Source: Vicugna vicugna
Lineage: Eukaryota
DNA: 64,000 bases
Direction: 5' to 3'
Assembly: GCA_013265495.1 (NCBI GenBank)
Contig: MU062453.1
Coordinates: 3,444,484 to 3,508,483 of the forward strand
This document shows positions 24,554 through 35,695 of this stretch, one piece after another (within the stretch, counting starts at the first letter, position 1; each line of letters opens with the position of its first letter). Below the pieces are notes generated by a model, which worked only from the letters and a program-made list of their open reading frames with translations, was not told the DNA's origin and did no database searches. Made by a program: the position numbers and the translations under genes.

Positions 24554-26011
24554 CTGGAGGAGAGCAGAGACCAGGGTGTCATGGATGGCTGGAGGACGCT
24601 GGCCGGAAACAGGCCCCAGGGACTTAAGAGGTGGAGGTTCAGGGAGGGGCAGGCACAGCCGAGGGACTCCAGCTTCACATTCTCAACCCTCTTGGAAACG
24701 TCTCTCAGACGCCCACCGCCCTGGGGGCCCGTAGCCAGATGGCGAGGGGCAACGAAAGGCCACCACACATGTGAATGACACCCCCCTTTAGAGGCCCTTT
24801 GAGAAGCTCAGGAGACCAGTGGTGGACACTCAGCTCTGCCATTTTCTGGGTAAACCATGTTACTGCCCCCCTCAGATTCCTCATCAGTCGAGGGGCACCA
24901 GTCACAGGGAAGGTTGCAGATCCACAGTGAAATAACAGGGGTGACACTCCAGCCCAGCCCTCACCGAGCCTGCCCTTGGAAGAAGGAGGTCTGGTCAGCC
25001 CTCCCTGCCTCGTGGAAACCTGCTTGCTTGTTTGCACACAGGCCTGGCTCGCAGCATCTGGGCCCAGCCCAGCCACGGGGGCCTGAGGCTCAGCGGCAGC
25101 TCCTGGAAGCCTTCCCTGCCTGCCCAGGGCAGCTGCGGGCTAGCAGGACGCCCAGGGCCTTGTACTTGGCGCTGGCCAAGGGTTTCAGGGCACTGGGCAG
25201 CCCCCTGCCCTGAACACTTGAGAGGGGTGCTCGGCCTCGCTAGACAAATGAGGACACTGAGGCTGGGGTGTCACCTGTTTGAATTCACCCAGCTCACCGG
25301 GAAGAGGACAGCAGCTCCAGTGTCCCCAGCTCGGACCCCACCCCAGGGAGAAAGGAGAGACTGGCCCCAACTGGTCAGAAGAAGCACCAGAGCAGAGGAC
25401 ATGCATCTCAGCCCCTTTGCTCCTGCAGCACCTGCCCTGGGGAATAAGGAGAAAGGAATTCCCTCGAAACACAGGATTTCATTTGGGAAAAAAAGCTCTG
25501 CTACCCAAGAACAAAACCTGTGGAAATGACCAGCGATCGCTGGGCAGGGGTTGCTCTCATGAGAGTCGTCCATCCATGGGGCTGTGGTGACCATCCACGA
25601 GGGGACTCAAGGTGACCGCTCAGCCTGTGCCTGGCGATCAGCGGGGTCAACGGGAAATGAGGTAGTGGGAGCAGTAAGGTGAGTCCTCCTGGGCAGAGGC
25701 AGGCTTCTCCCAGGAACCAAGTCCAGGTGGCTGCTCTAAAGTGTCCTGGCCAGCCCAGGTCTTTAACAGTCACTTGTTCAAAAGTGAGAAGGGAATTAAA
25801 ACTCAGAGGGCGGCGGCCGGTGAGGTGGGGGCAGGACTGCCGAGAAGGGTCTGGGCCCCAGCCGGTCTGCGGGGCAGGGTGCTAGGGCGCAGTCCGGCCA
25901 CCAGAGGGAGCCAGAGAGGCCTCTCCTCTTCTCTCTGGGTGGGAGTTTGGGGCTGACCTGGGGGCGGGGCAGCAGGCCCGGGGCAGGGGGGAGGCGGCTA
26001 CCCCGACTCAC

Positions 26012-26157
26012 TTCCAAAGCACCTCCAGCTGCAGCTTGATGGTGCCCAGCTCTGTGATGTCCACCACGATGACCTGCGGTCGGGTGGTGAAGAAGTCGGT
26101 GATATCACACGTGACTGCGCCCACCGCCAGCGAGCTCAGGCCGCGAAGCTCTGTCAC
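26012..26157 (-). CDS. RIPOR3: RIPOR3 coding exon 10 ([13 protein letters not shown]...[10 protein letters not shown])
   Basis: cccag acceptor, GTGAGT donor, 146 nt; C2-like region of the family. Confidence 0.96.
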
Positions 26158-26243
26158 CTGGGAGGCGGGGGTGGTTTGCGGAGTTGTGGGTGGTGTCTGA
26201 GCCGAGCCCCTGGCGCCCTGGCCCCGCCCATGACCCCACCCAC

Positions 26244-26369
26244 CTTGATTTCGAAGTTCTCGTGCAGGGTAGGGATGAAGGCCTTCTCCTCCTCATCCCA
26301 GGTCTGGCTGTCGTCCGACTCGATCCGGCCCCTCAGCTTCCAGCGCTGGCGGCCCAGGCGCATGAGCAC
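26244..26369 (-). CDS. RIPOR3: RIPOR3 coding exon 9 ([17 protein letters not shown]...HENFEIK)
   Basis: ctcag acceptor, GTGGGT donor, 126 nt. Confidence 0.96.
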
Positions 26370-26551
26370 CTGAGGGCCAGACCCAAGAAGGGAGGAGTCA
26401 GCTGCCCCCCATACCGCCTGCCTAGGGGCCCTCCTGCCAGCCAGGTGGAGGTGGGGATAGAAACCCAGCTGGGACCCTGGTTCCTAGCAGCTCCCAACCC
26501 CCAAAGGCCTGGTGGGGAGTCCTGGGGACTGGCCCCAGAGGGTGGCCATAC

Positions 26552-26595
26552 CTCGTACTGGTCTCCGGGACAGAGGCGTGCGTAGCCCACCAAGC
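26552..26595 (-). CDS. RIPOR3: RIPOR3 coding exon 8 (GLVGYARLCPGDQYE)
   Basis: ttccag acceptor, GTATGG donor, 44 nt; family motif ARLCPGDQYE. Confidence 0.95.
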
Positions 26596-26942
26596 CTGGA
26601 ACATAGAGACTCGCTAATCTCTTCACTCTCTTCTGTCCCTGCCCTGGGGATCACGGGACCTCACACGGGGAGCCCCAACCACAGTGTGAGTATCAGCTTC
26701 AGGGAGGGGTGAGCCATCATGATGACAAAGGACAGGCCTGGGTCCACACTTTCAACCCAGAGGGGGAACTGGACTTGCAAGTCACAGGTCACAAGTCACA
26801 GGAGTGGAAACCAGGGCTGGGCCTGGACCCCCGTGATTCTGACCGACCCCCACCCTCAGCAGAGGCTCCAGGGACCCGGAGAAGGCCTGACCCTACACCC
26901 AAACTGGCACCTGCCCACCCACTCCCAGCCCTGTTCTGTTAC

Positions 26943-27006
26943 CTTTCATCCTGATGTGGAACTCGCCCAGGTGAACCTCCAGGGCCCCCTCGATGAGCCA
27001 CATGTC
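26943..27006 (-). CDS. RIPOR3: RIPOR3 coding exon 7 (DMWLIEGALEVHLGEFHIRMK)
   Basis: ttgcag acceptor, GTAACA donor, 64 nt. Confidence 0.95.
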
Positions 27007-27183
27007 CTGCAAAGCCCCACACAATGTGGCTCACTGCTTGTCCCGGGGCTAGGCCACCGGTGACGCACAGATCCTGCCAGACAGAGGCCCCGGGGCGGAG
27101 AGAGACGCTCCCTCAGGGCCCAGGAAACCTCCGAGACTGGGCCCGCCGTTCTCCGCGCTCCCCGCCCCGCCACTGCCACCCAC

Positions 27184-27333
27184 CTCGGTGCACTCCTGCA
27201 GGCTGCGGCCCAGCTCCTGCAGGCTCTCTCGGGAGGCGCGGCTCGGCGGGCACCTGGAGAAGGCCCGCTGCATGTTGGAGGCGCCGTCGCGCAGGCGGCA
27301 CTGGATGCAGTAGCCCTCGTAGAGCTCGTCCAC
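27184..27333 (-). CDS. RIPOR3: RIPOR3 coding exon 6 ([18 protein letters not shown]...LQECTE)
   Basis: ccgcag acceptor, GTGGGT donor, 150 nt. Confidence 0.96.
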
Positions 27334-27962
27334 CTGCGGGGGCACTGGCCAGTGGGCGCTGCCCACGCCGAGGGGCGGGGCCCCGATCTGCCTGTCACTC
27401 ACCCCTGAGCTCTGACCCGACCCCAGCCCCGGCCCCATTTCACACCCTGCTCCACTGTGGGCAGCGCTGCGCCCGCTGGTGGTAAATGGGAGCCCACGGC
27501 CCGGTGCGGAAACTGCCTCTGTCTCATCCACATCGTATCCCCAGCACCCGGCAGCGGCTGGCGCGCAGCTAGTGCACAACAGAACTAGTGAACTGGGTGG
27601 CTGAGTACATCCTTTACCCTCTCCCTGTCCAATTTCTCTATTGGGAAGTAGAAGAGGTGGATTTGTGATTTTTCTGCCAACCCACTGGGCTACTGGGAAG
27701 AATTTGAGAATATAAAGCTTGAGGGACTTGCTGTGCGACCTTGGGCCAAACCTGGTCCCTCTCTGGGCCTCTACTCTCCTATCTGTACAATGGTGTGGCT
27801 GGACTCAGGATTCCCAAGCCTTAACCCAGCCCTCTGATCCCCACCTCAGGGCTGAGCCCCTGTCGTTTCTCTAGCTGCCTGGCACCCAGAGAATCTTCCC
27901 CTGCTAACCCAGCAGAGGCCCAGCAAGCTGAGAGACTGGGCCACCCCAGAAGCCAGGCTGAC

Positions 27963-28016
27963 CTTGCTGATGTGAAACTCCATCTTCCGAATGTGCCTCT
28001 CCACAGAGCGTGTTTG
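27963..28016 (-). CDS. RIPOR3: RIPOR3 coding exon 5 (QTRSVERHIRKMEFHISK)
   Basis: gagaag acceptor (purine-rich), GTCAGC donor, 54 nt. Confidence 0.92.
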
Positions 28017-28324
28017 CTTCTCCCAGAAAAAGAGAAGATGCTTTAAAAGTAGCCTGAGCACCCTCCAGCCCCCCAGCCCCCTGCCACCCTCCTCCAGGTC
28101 CTAACACAGAGAACTGGGCTAGAAGCCAGGCCAGCGCCTCAGCATCCCTGAGGAAGGCTCATCATGGACCTCAGTTTCCCCACTTGTAAAGTGGGGAGGA
28201 AGCCCAGGGGTTCCTCCTCTGGACAGCCAGGAGGATGGGATGTGAGCAAAGAGGTTATTCTCCTCCAGCTGGGCACAGGCACCGCCCAGCTTGCTTACCA
28301 AGTGCAGACAGATGTTTCACTCAC

Positions 28325-28348
28325 CTTGTCCAGGTCATAATAGAAAGC
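28325..28348 (-). CDS. RIPOR3: RIPOR3 coding exon 4, 24-nt microexon (AFYYDLDK)
   Basis: ccatag acceptor, GTGAGT donor; fills the gap between ...NSRL and QTRS... in the Rho-binding region. Confidence 0.92.
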
Positions 28349-28877
28349 CTATGGGGAAGGAAAGGAGAGAGGGAGGAGGTATCAGGGCTCCGGTGCTCCT
28401 CCAAGACCCATGAGGCTACATCCCAGGGGCACCTGAGCTCCGAGGACAAAATGCCAGTGGCCACTTCATCCTCTGAGGCCTGCAGTCAGCAAGCTGTTGT
28501 CCAGGTGGAGGGGGAAGAATGATTAAATACATTTGCTTTGGGTGAGGCAGCTCTAGGCCTGACTCTGTTTCCCAGCTGTGTGTCCCAGGCAAGTTACTCA
28601 ACCTCTCTGAGCCTCCATTGCCCTATATAAAATGTGGTAGGCCATAGAACCTACACTATAGGGTTGTTCTGAAGAGTAAAGGACAGTGTAAACACTCAAC
28701 AAGAGAAGGACCACTGTGATTTGATTGTTTAAAGAGTGACTTCAGCCATGACCAGAGAATTTGAGAATGGGAGAGGCAGCTGGCACCTCCCAGGAGTTCA
28801 GGCTTCAGGAAGCTGCAGATCTAGACTGGTTCATCCCCACTCAGGGCCATGGTGTGGCCAGCAAAAGGAATATATTG

Positions 28878-29060
28878 TCGGGGTGGGTGAATCTTTGTAT
28901 AGAGGATCAAATAGTAAAATTTTCAGGCTTTACAGACCATATGGTTCCATCCCTTGGTGCAGGAAAGCAGCCATAGACAATATATAAGTGATGAGTATGG
29001 CTGTGTTCATATAAACTTTAATTCCAGAACAGGCCCTGCTTTGCCCATGTGGGTTAGACT
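28878..29060 (+). mobile_element. MER58A-like hAT-Charlie MITE (degenerate)
   Basis: gaaagcagccatagacaat...ggctgtgttc matches the recalled MER58A core. Confidence 0.65.
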
Positions 29061-30194
29061 CACTGTATCTGAGCCTGGAAGAATTTCCATGGGTTGGAGA
29101 TCCACTAAGAAGAAAAAGCAAGATGTGGCAGAGAATGTAAGTTGTGATTTCATTTTTATAAGACAACTGTTGACCAAAACCCTCTCTACACACTGTCTGT
29201 CTATTTACATGATTATGTGACCGGGGAGAAAAATGTGGAATGATAAATACTAGATTGTCCTCAGGGGTTAAACAGGGTGGGACAGAGAAGGTTGGAGTGG
29301 GTGGGGGTTCAAGCAAGAAGGAAAAGATGGATTAAACCCCCTGGAGTCTTTTTTCCCATTTGTGTGACATGCACGTGTGGGATTATGAAATTAACACTCC
29401 ATATAAGAAATTAAGAAATTGGAAAGTTCCCAAGGTTTCGGAGAAAAAGTAACTACACAGCAATTTCTTGGAAGCTGCGAACCAGACCCCACATGCACCA
29501 GCCGCCTAGGAGGCCCTAGTGCAGTCACTGCCCCTTCCCTGCCTCAGTGTGCCCACCTATGAAATGGGAACAGCTAAAACACACAGACCTTTGCACAGAA
29601 CTCACCTCCCTTAGAGTTGCTTTTGTTGCTGAGAGAGAGAGACCCCGGGGACATAAGAACAGACATACCCACGACGGGTGGGCGGTGCAGCAAGTGCTAG
29701 GAGGGGCTGGGAACCAGGGATGGGATCATGGCAGCGCCTTCTGTTTCTACGCTGACCTGCCTGCCCACCAAGGGCATGTGACTGAGCCCTTTCCTTCCCC
29801 TAGTGGGCCAGCACACTCGTGAGGCTGGGGGCCCTGCTCCCTGCCGACCTCTGAGGTCTTCTCCTCTGGGGCCAGGATACAGAGGTGGCTGGATACTATT
29901 TTGATAAGATTCATTTCCCACTCCCTGTTTTTGCAGTCCCCCCATCAGGTGGCCTATTCTATGCTTTGGCGCTTTGGAGGAGCGATGCTGGAATAAGCTG
30001 GAGAAAGCCACAGGCAGCCAGGCCTCCTGCTTTCTGTTTCCAGAAATCTAATCCCATTAAGGATGAGAGGGGTTTCACAAGGCAGCAGCCAAATAGAGGA
30101 GGCTGGGAGGGACTCTCCGAGACCAGAAAGAAAGAGCCCCTCACTGGAGAGACGGAGGTACCTGAGCAGCAGTGTCCTAGCTGGGCAGGCAGGT

Positions 30195-30349
30195 AAAATA
30201 CAGGACACCCAGTCACATTTAAATTTCCAATAAACAATAAATAGATTTCTTTTTTAGTATAAGTATGTCCCAAAGATTACATGGGACATACTTGTACTGA
30301 AAATGATTTATTTCTCTGAAAATCAAATTTAACTGGGCACCCTATTTTT
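30195..30349. mobile_element. MER53 palindromic hAT MITE
   Basis: Inverted termini aaaatacaggacacccagt / actgggcaccctatttt and central hairpin tttagtataagtatgtccca...tgggacatacttgtactgaaaa. Confidence 0.88.
30245..30308 (-). ncRNA. miR-1302-like hairpin within MER53 (expression unproven)
   Basis: Reverse complement of 30253-30273 is UUGGGACAUACUUAUACUAAA, 1 nt from recalled hsa-miR-1302; 22-bp stem, 9-nt loop. Confidence 0.45.
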
Positions 30350-31009
30350 TGTTTGTTTTTGGCCTTGGGTTTTTGGGGTTTGTGGGGTTTGTTTTTGTTT
30401 GTTTTTTCCCTAAATCTGGCTCTTCTCAGGAGATGGCAAAAGCCCAGAGCAAGTGAGTCTTGGGCTAAATGGGTCCCAGGGTAGCCTCAAAGATGCGCCC
30501 CGGATGACAGCAAAACTGCAGAGCTGCTGGACATTGCGGGAGCATGCAGGGTTGATAAAGGACAGTGTGAGGGGCCACTGTGACACACCCTGGATCCGAT
30601 GCCTGACCCAATTTCCTGCCATCACATAGGCCACACCGAATGCACGGGGCCTGGTTAGCCAAGACCTACAAAATAGGGCCATCTGATGTATACACACCTC
30701 TGTACACCTGCCCACCTTAAAGTTACTTCTAGAACTAAAGAGAGGATGGAGGCGGCCGTAAGATGTGTGAACTGCTGCTCCACGTGAGGGGTGGGGGCAG
30801 TGGGGGCGGCTTCCCACCAGCCTGTGAGGTTGAATTCATCAGGGTCCGAGTGAGGTTCATTCATCACAAAATAAAGAAGGCCCATTCCTCCAGCCTCTGA
30901 TTTCGGAGACTGAGACTCACACCCGTGATGCAGGCAAGGGGTGAAGGGGGGTCCGCCTTTGAACCCCAGCCGAGGCTGCTCGGTGGGAAGGGCCTGGGAG
31001 GGGTCTCAC

Positions 31010-31088
31010 CAGCCTGGAGTTCCTGCGCGTGTCCTTGTGGCGTCCTGACAGGTAGTCCAGCTCGGCCTGCTGGACGCACAGATACTCC
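31010..31088 (-). CDS. RIPOR3: RIPOR3 coding exon 3 (EYLCVQQAELDYLSGRHKDTRRNSRL)
   Basis: tcacag acceptor, GTGAGA donor, 79 nt. Confidence 0.95.
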
Positions 31089-32236
31089 CTGTGAGCAGAA
31101 CAAGGGAGAGGAGTTTGAGAAGCAGTAGAGGAGGAAAGAAACTGGCGGGTGAGCGGTGTACGGGGCCGGAGGCAGCCTCAGTTGCCGGCACGGAGGGCGG
31201 CTGCGGTTCTCAGAGCGCAGAGCCAGCCCAGCGCCCTGGAGCCGGGCCCCCGCTCGCTCGGCCTCCGGGTCCCACACGCCGAGCGAGGGCTGTCTGCTCA
31301 GCGCTGTGCACAATGGGGACTCTCTCAGGCGAATCCCCACACAGCTCTACAAATGGGGTCTACTGTTACTATACCGATTTCAGAGATGGGCAAACTGACT
31401 CTCAAGCAACTCAGCACAGAGTTTCACAGCAGGGAAGAGGCTGAACCCAGGTCTGAAACCAGGCAGTGGCCTCCAGAGGCCACTGTCTTCTCCCCAGCCC
31501 ACGGGGAGGTCAGCGAGATCACGCCTCCTTCACAGACAAAGGCAGGCCCAGCACCAAGGACCAGAGAGAGGCCTGACGAACCCATTCTGAAGGCACAGAA
31601 AACAGTGGGTCAGAGGGGACTGATCATGTTGTGTTTTCCAGCCAAAGAGACTTGGACATAAACCCCGAGGTCTGGACTTGGAGGCCAGGTGGGGGCCCCA
31701 TATTACTCCGTTGTAGATTTGCTGTAGGTGACTCACCCTCTCTGGGCCCACTTGTACCACCTTCTGCTAGGCCACAGCTCGCTCAGGGGGTGGGCTCCCC
31801 AGGAAGAAGGAGCCACGGACCCCAGATAAGTCTCGTGCGGCCCTCATGGGAATCCCCACACTGTCCTGGGAGAGGAGCATGTTGGAGACAGGCCTCCACC
31901 CTCGGGGCACAACCCCCGTTCTCACTCGGCACCAGCGCTGGGTGCACCGTGGGAGGAGGGTGAGAGATGCCCCCTGCGTGGGGAGCCAGGCCCCAGCCCG
32001 GGAGGAGGGAACATTCACGCTGAGCCCAGCGGGTAGTGGGGCAGGCAGCCCTGGCCCTGGAGCCCCACTCCCTGCTTCCTGGCTGGGGTCCTGGATGAGC
32101 TGCTTCCCGTTTTGGGGGCTCAGTTTCCTCTCCTGGAAAAGGAGGCTCAGAAATTCTCTCACAGCGTTCTCCGGGCATAAAGGACCCGATGTATATGAGG
32201 CACCAAACATGTCATAGCTGCTCTGCTGCTGCTTTC

Positions 32237-32237
<1 letters not shown>

Positions 32238-32291
<54 letters not shown>
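32238..32291. repeat. (TTA)18 trinucleotide microsatellite
   Basis: Direct sequence. Confidence 0.95.
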
Positions 32292-32293
<2 letters not shown>

Positions 32294-32639
32294 TAGTGTG
32301 GGATGAAGAGCAGGAACACAAGAGGTAGAGGGCAGGGCAGGGCCTCCCAGGAGGAAGGAACGGATTCAATTCGGCAAGTGCATACGGTGGACCAGAGTCC
32401 TGCGGTGCCGCAGCCTCCCCTGACTCTCCACTGCCCCGGAGCTGTTTAGCAGGAGCCAAGGCACAAACACACGAAGAGGGTGGCACAGGGAGTGAATAAT
32501 GAAAGGAAAGTCTAGAAAGGTTGACGGTCACAAAGGTCCCTGCATGCCCTCCCAAGGGCAGTAGGGAGTCACAGAAGAGACTGGAGTAGAGGAGGGAGTG
32601 GCAGGATAGAGAAGGGGTGGGGCAGAGGCAGTGAGCGCT

Positions 32640-33450
32640 GCAAGGAGGGTGCTGCTCCAATCGTGTTCCTGCCCCAGGACCTTTGCATGTGTGGCTACCT
32701 TGGCCTGGAATGCTCTTCTCCCATTATCTGCAGGACTCACCCCTGTACTCCTTCAGGTTTTTGTTCAAATGTCACCTTCCTTGAACATCTTATTTTAAAT
32801 CAGTCCCACACCATCTACCCTGATTTGTTTTTCCCCATAGCACTCACACCCTGTGACATACTCTGTATTCTACTTTTCTATACTTTTTATTGTCTATCGC
32901 CCACTTGGATGGCAGCTCCATGGGGCAGGGATCATTGTGTTTTGTTCATTTCTGTACCCTACGCCTAGCACTTCACAAGCCCTCAGAAAAAATATGGGGA
33001 ATAAGGGAATGAATCTGCCTGTTCTGGCCTCTTCTCAGTGAATCAGTCAGTCTCTCCTTCACTCGAATCCAGCCACCTTGACCTCCAGCTGTTATTCAAG
33101 CTCCTACCTCAGGGCCTTTGCCTGTGCTGTTCCCTCTGCCCAGGAGGCTTGTCCCCCAGAGACCACTCCTTCTCAGACCATTCAGGTCTCAGAAACCATC
33201 AGAACCCCCTCAGAGAGTCTCTCCAGACCACCCTGTATGACAGGCCTTCCACACGTGATCTCTTCATCACCTTCATCACTGGAAGTTATGGCACTGATCA
33301 CGTTACTTCTTTATTGCCATCCCCCCTCTACACTGTGAGCTCCACAAGACCAGGGTCCTCCTGCTGTATTCACTGTGTCCCCAGAGCCCAAGGATGGGGC
33401 CGAGCACATGGCTGCACCCAGGACATGCTTGTTGACTAAATGAATAAGTA
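32640..33450. mobile_element. L2 LINE 3' fragments (similar pieces near 40060-40390, 42330-42660, 46740-47060)
   Basis: L2 tail motifs such as ttcactgtgtccccagagcc...gttgactaaatgaat and ctcagggcctttgc. Confidence 0.65.
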
Positions 33451-33545
33451 GGAACTCCCTCTGTGGCCTCTTACAGACAAGACCCACTCACATTCCCCAG
33501 GAAGAGGCAGAGAGGGGACGAGGCCAAAGAATGCATTTGTCAAAG

Positions 33546-33668
33546 GCAACAAATAGCCCATCCTTACTTGAGGCCTCTCTTCAGTGCTTCGACGCCCAAG
33601 GATGGGGCCGAGCACATGGTTGCAACAAATAGCCCATCCTTACTTGAGGCCTCTCTTCAGTGCTTCGA
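33546..33668. repeat. 47-bp direct duplication (33546-33592, 33622-33668) separated by a copy of 33386-33416
   Basis: Exact identity of gcaacaaatagcccatccttacttgaggcctctcttcagtgcttcga in both copies. Confidence 0.95.
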
Positions 33669-33790
33669 AGATCTTCTTCACTTGTTGTGGCTTCGGGTCC
33701 GAGCAGACAGATCCCTTCCTCAGCGTGCCGTACATCTTGGAGGATTTTGCAGGCATTCGAGGTCTCACTGAGTTCCTGTGGATGGACTTT
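33644..33790 (-). CDS. RIPOR3: RIPOR3 coding exon 2 (KSIHRNSVRPRMPAKSSKMYGTLRKGSVCSDPKPQQVKKIFEALKRGLK)
   Basis: tcacag acceptor, GTAAGG donor, 147 nt, phase 2/2; the donor is duplicated at 33567. Confidence 0.95.
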
Positions 33791-35559
33791 CTGTGAGAAG
33801 GGATGGAGGGGTCAGAGCAGAGGTCTGGATAAAGCCCTTCCTGGGGGCAGGCACTTTGGGAACTGTGGCCAGAACCCCAGACAGTCAGGAGACCTGGCCA
33901 AGTCCCATCTCACTGCCACCAAGCTTGCCAAGGTTGCCAAGACTCTCTGGGCCTCAGTTTTCTCATCTGTAAAATGAGGGCTTGGATTTGAGGATTAAAA
34001 GTATAACACTAACTTGATTTGAGAAATTAACTTATAGTATAGCAGCCTGCGTGCCAGTGCTGTCTGTCTGTGCTCTTCAGCAAGCTCTGTCTGTGCAGGC
34101 AGAGCAGCATGGGAAGCCAAATCATAGTCCTGTGGTGTACCCAGAGGCTGGGCACCTGCTGGCTTTGCCTGCCTGGCATCCATTCCTCTCCCTCTGTTAA
34201 TAGTAGCTCAGTTTTCCTCTGGGGGGCATCTCCACAACCCTGCTCTTTATACATGAGTATTGGAGGGAGGTGGCCTGACAGATCACCATTCACGCACACG
34301 CACACACATACACACATGCACACACATGCACACATGGGCATTCTGAGGCAAACCCATGTCCCATGCCTGGGTTAGTCAACATATTTCACTCCCCTGGAAG
34401 AGAACCTTTCTCTCCCATTTCTCCCCCTTCCCTCCTCATCTTCCTCATGTACACTGGGGAGCCAGCTTCAACCATGCGCACTGTGCCCCCCACAGGGATG
34501 TCTGAGCAACAGGAGAGAAGGAACAGGCCCTGGACAGCCTGACCACTCATTGGCTGTACACTGTTATGAGAAAGAGGGAGGAATAACTGATTTGATTTAA
34601 GCCCTTTTATTTTAGAGGGCTTCTTTGTCGAAGCTACTTCACTTCTGCACTAATACACTACCCAGGTTTCCATTTTTCTATCTGTAAAATGGGAAAACAG
34701 CAGTCTGAGTCAGAGGGTGGTGCTCAGAATTCTGTCAGATACCAGGTCAAACGTCTGGTACAATGGGGGCACTTAGTGGATGCTTAATAAATGTCCATTA
34801 TTATAATAATCACATCCTCTGTATCTCTCCCCATACCCACAGCCTGGAAAACAGTCAGTGCTCAGTAAAGACTGAGCTAAACTGAACGAGAGGAAACAGC
34901 ATGTCAAGGGAGATCCTGGGGCCCAAGGCCCTGGGCTGGACCCTGAAAGAACAGGACAAAAGGTACCCCCAGGAAAGATGTTCCAAGTCAGGGGACAGAG
35001 TGAGCAAGGGTGGAGGGGAGGAGCTAGTGGAGTCGAGTGTGATGGGAGTGGGTGGACGGCGGGGGCAAGGCTTGGCTGAAGCAGAGGTGGGGCACTGCCA
35101 GAGAGGCTGGACAAGGGGCCCTTCCCACCTTTGGGACCCTAGGTTGGGGACCATGGGGAACGTCAGGTCCCAGGGAAAATCCAGCTTCAAGGACCTTGGC
35201 AACGACAACTAAGATGTCTACAGAGCGGACAAACAAAACTCCAGCCACAGCTCCTGGGCTGCTGGCTCCACCAGCACCGCCTGCCCACCCGTGGGCCCTG
35301 GGAGCGGACTGTTGCCACAGTAACGGAAGGCACGCAGAGTGCCTGCTGGGGCCTGGCGCTTGCTGAGAGCTTTTTGTAAATATCAACTTTCACAACCACC
35401 CAAAGAGGCAAGTATTATATTTAACCTCATTGCAAGATAGGGAAACTGAGGCTAAGATAAATGACTTGCCCCAGATCATGTAGGCAGCAGAGCTGGGGCC
35501 CAAACCCACATGTACGCAGGGCCTCAGCCTGGGATCTACCCGCCAATCCTGGAGCAGGG

Positions 35560-35695
35560 TGCAGGATTCTCTCACGGTCCCCAGAATCACCTGGAGGACT
35601 TGCTGGACTAAGATTGATGACCTCCTCCGACCTCCTCCCCACCAACGTTTCAGGTTTCACAGGTCTGGGAGGGCCTGAGAATTTGCATTTCTAAC
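35560..35695. mobile_element. MER5A-like hAT-Charlie fragment
   Basis: cagaatcacctggagg...gcctgagaatttgcatttctaac. Confidence 0.7.

Noticed and set aside
23985-24734. 249-aa plus-strand ORF
   Set aside because: Low-complexity, antisense to exon 11 and intron; no homology recognised.
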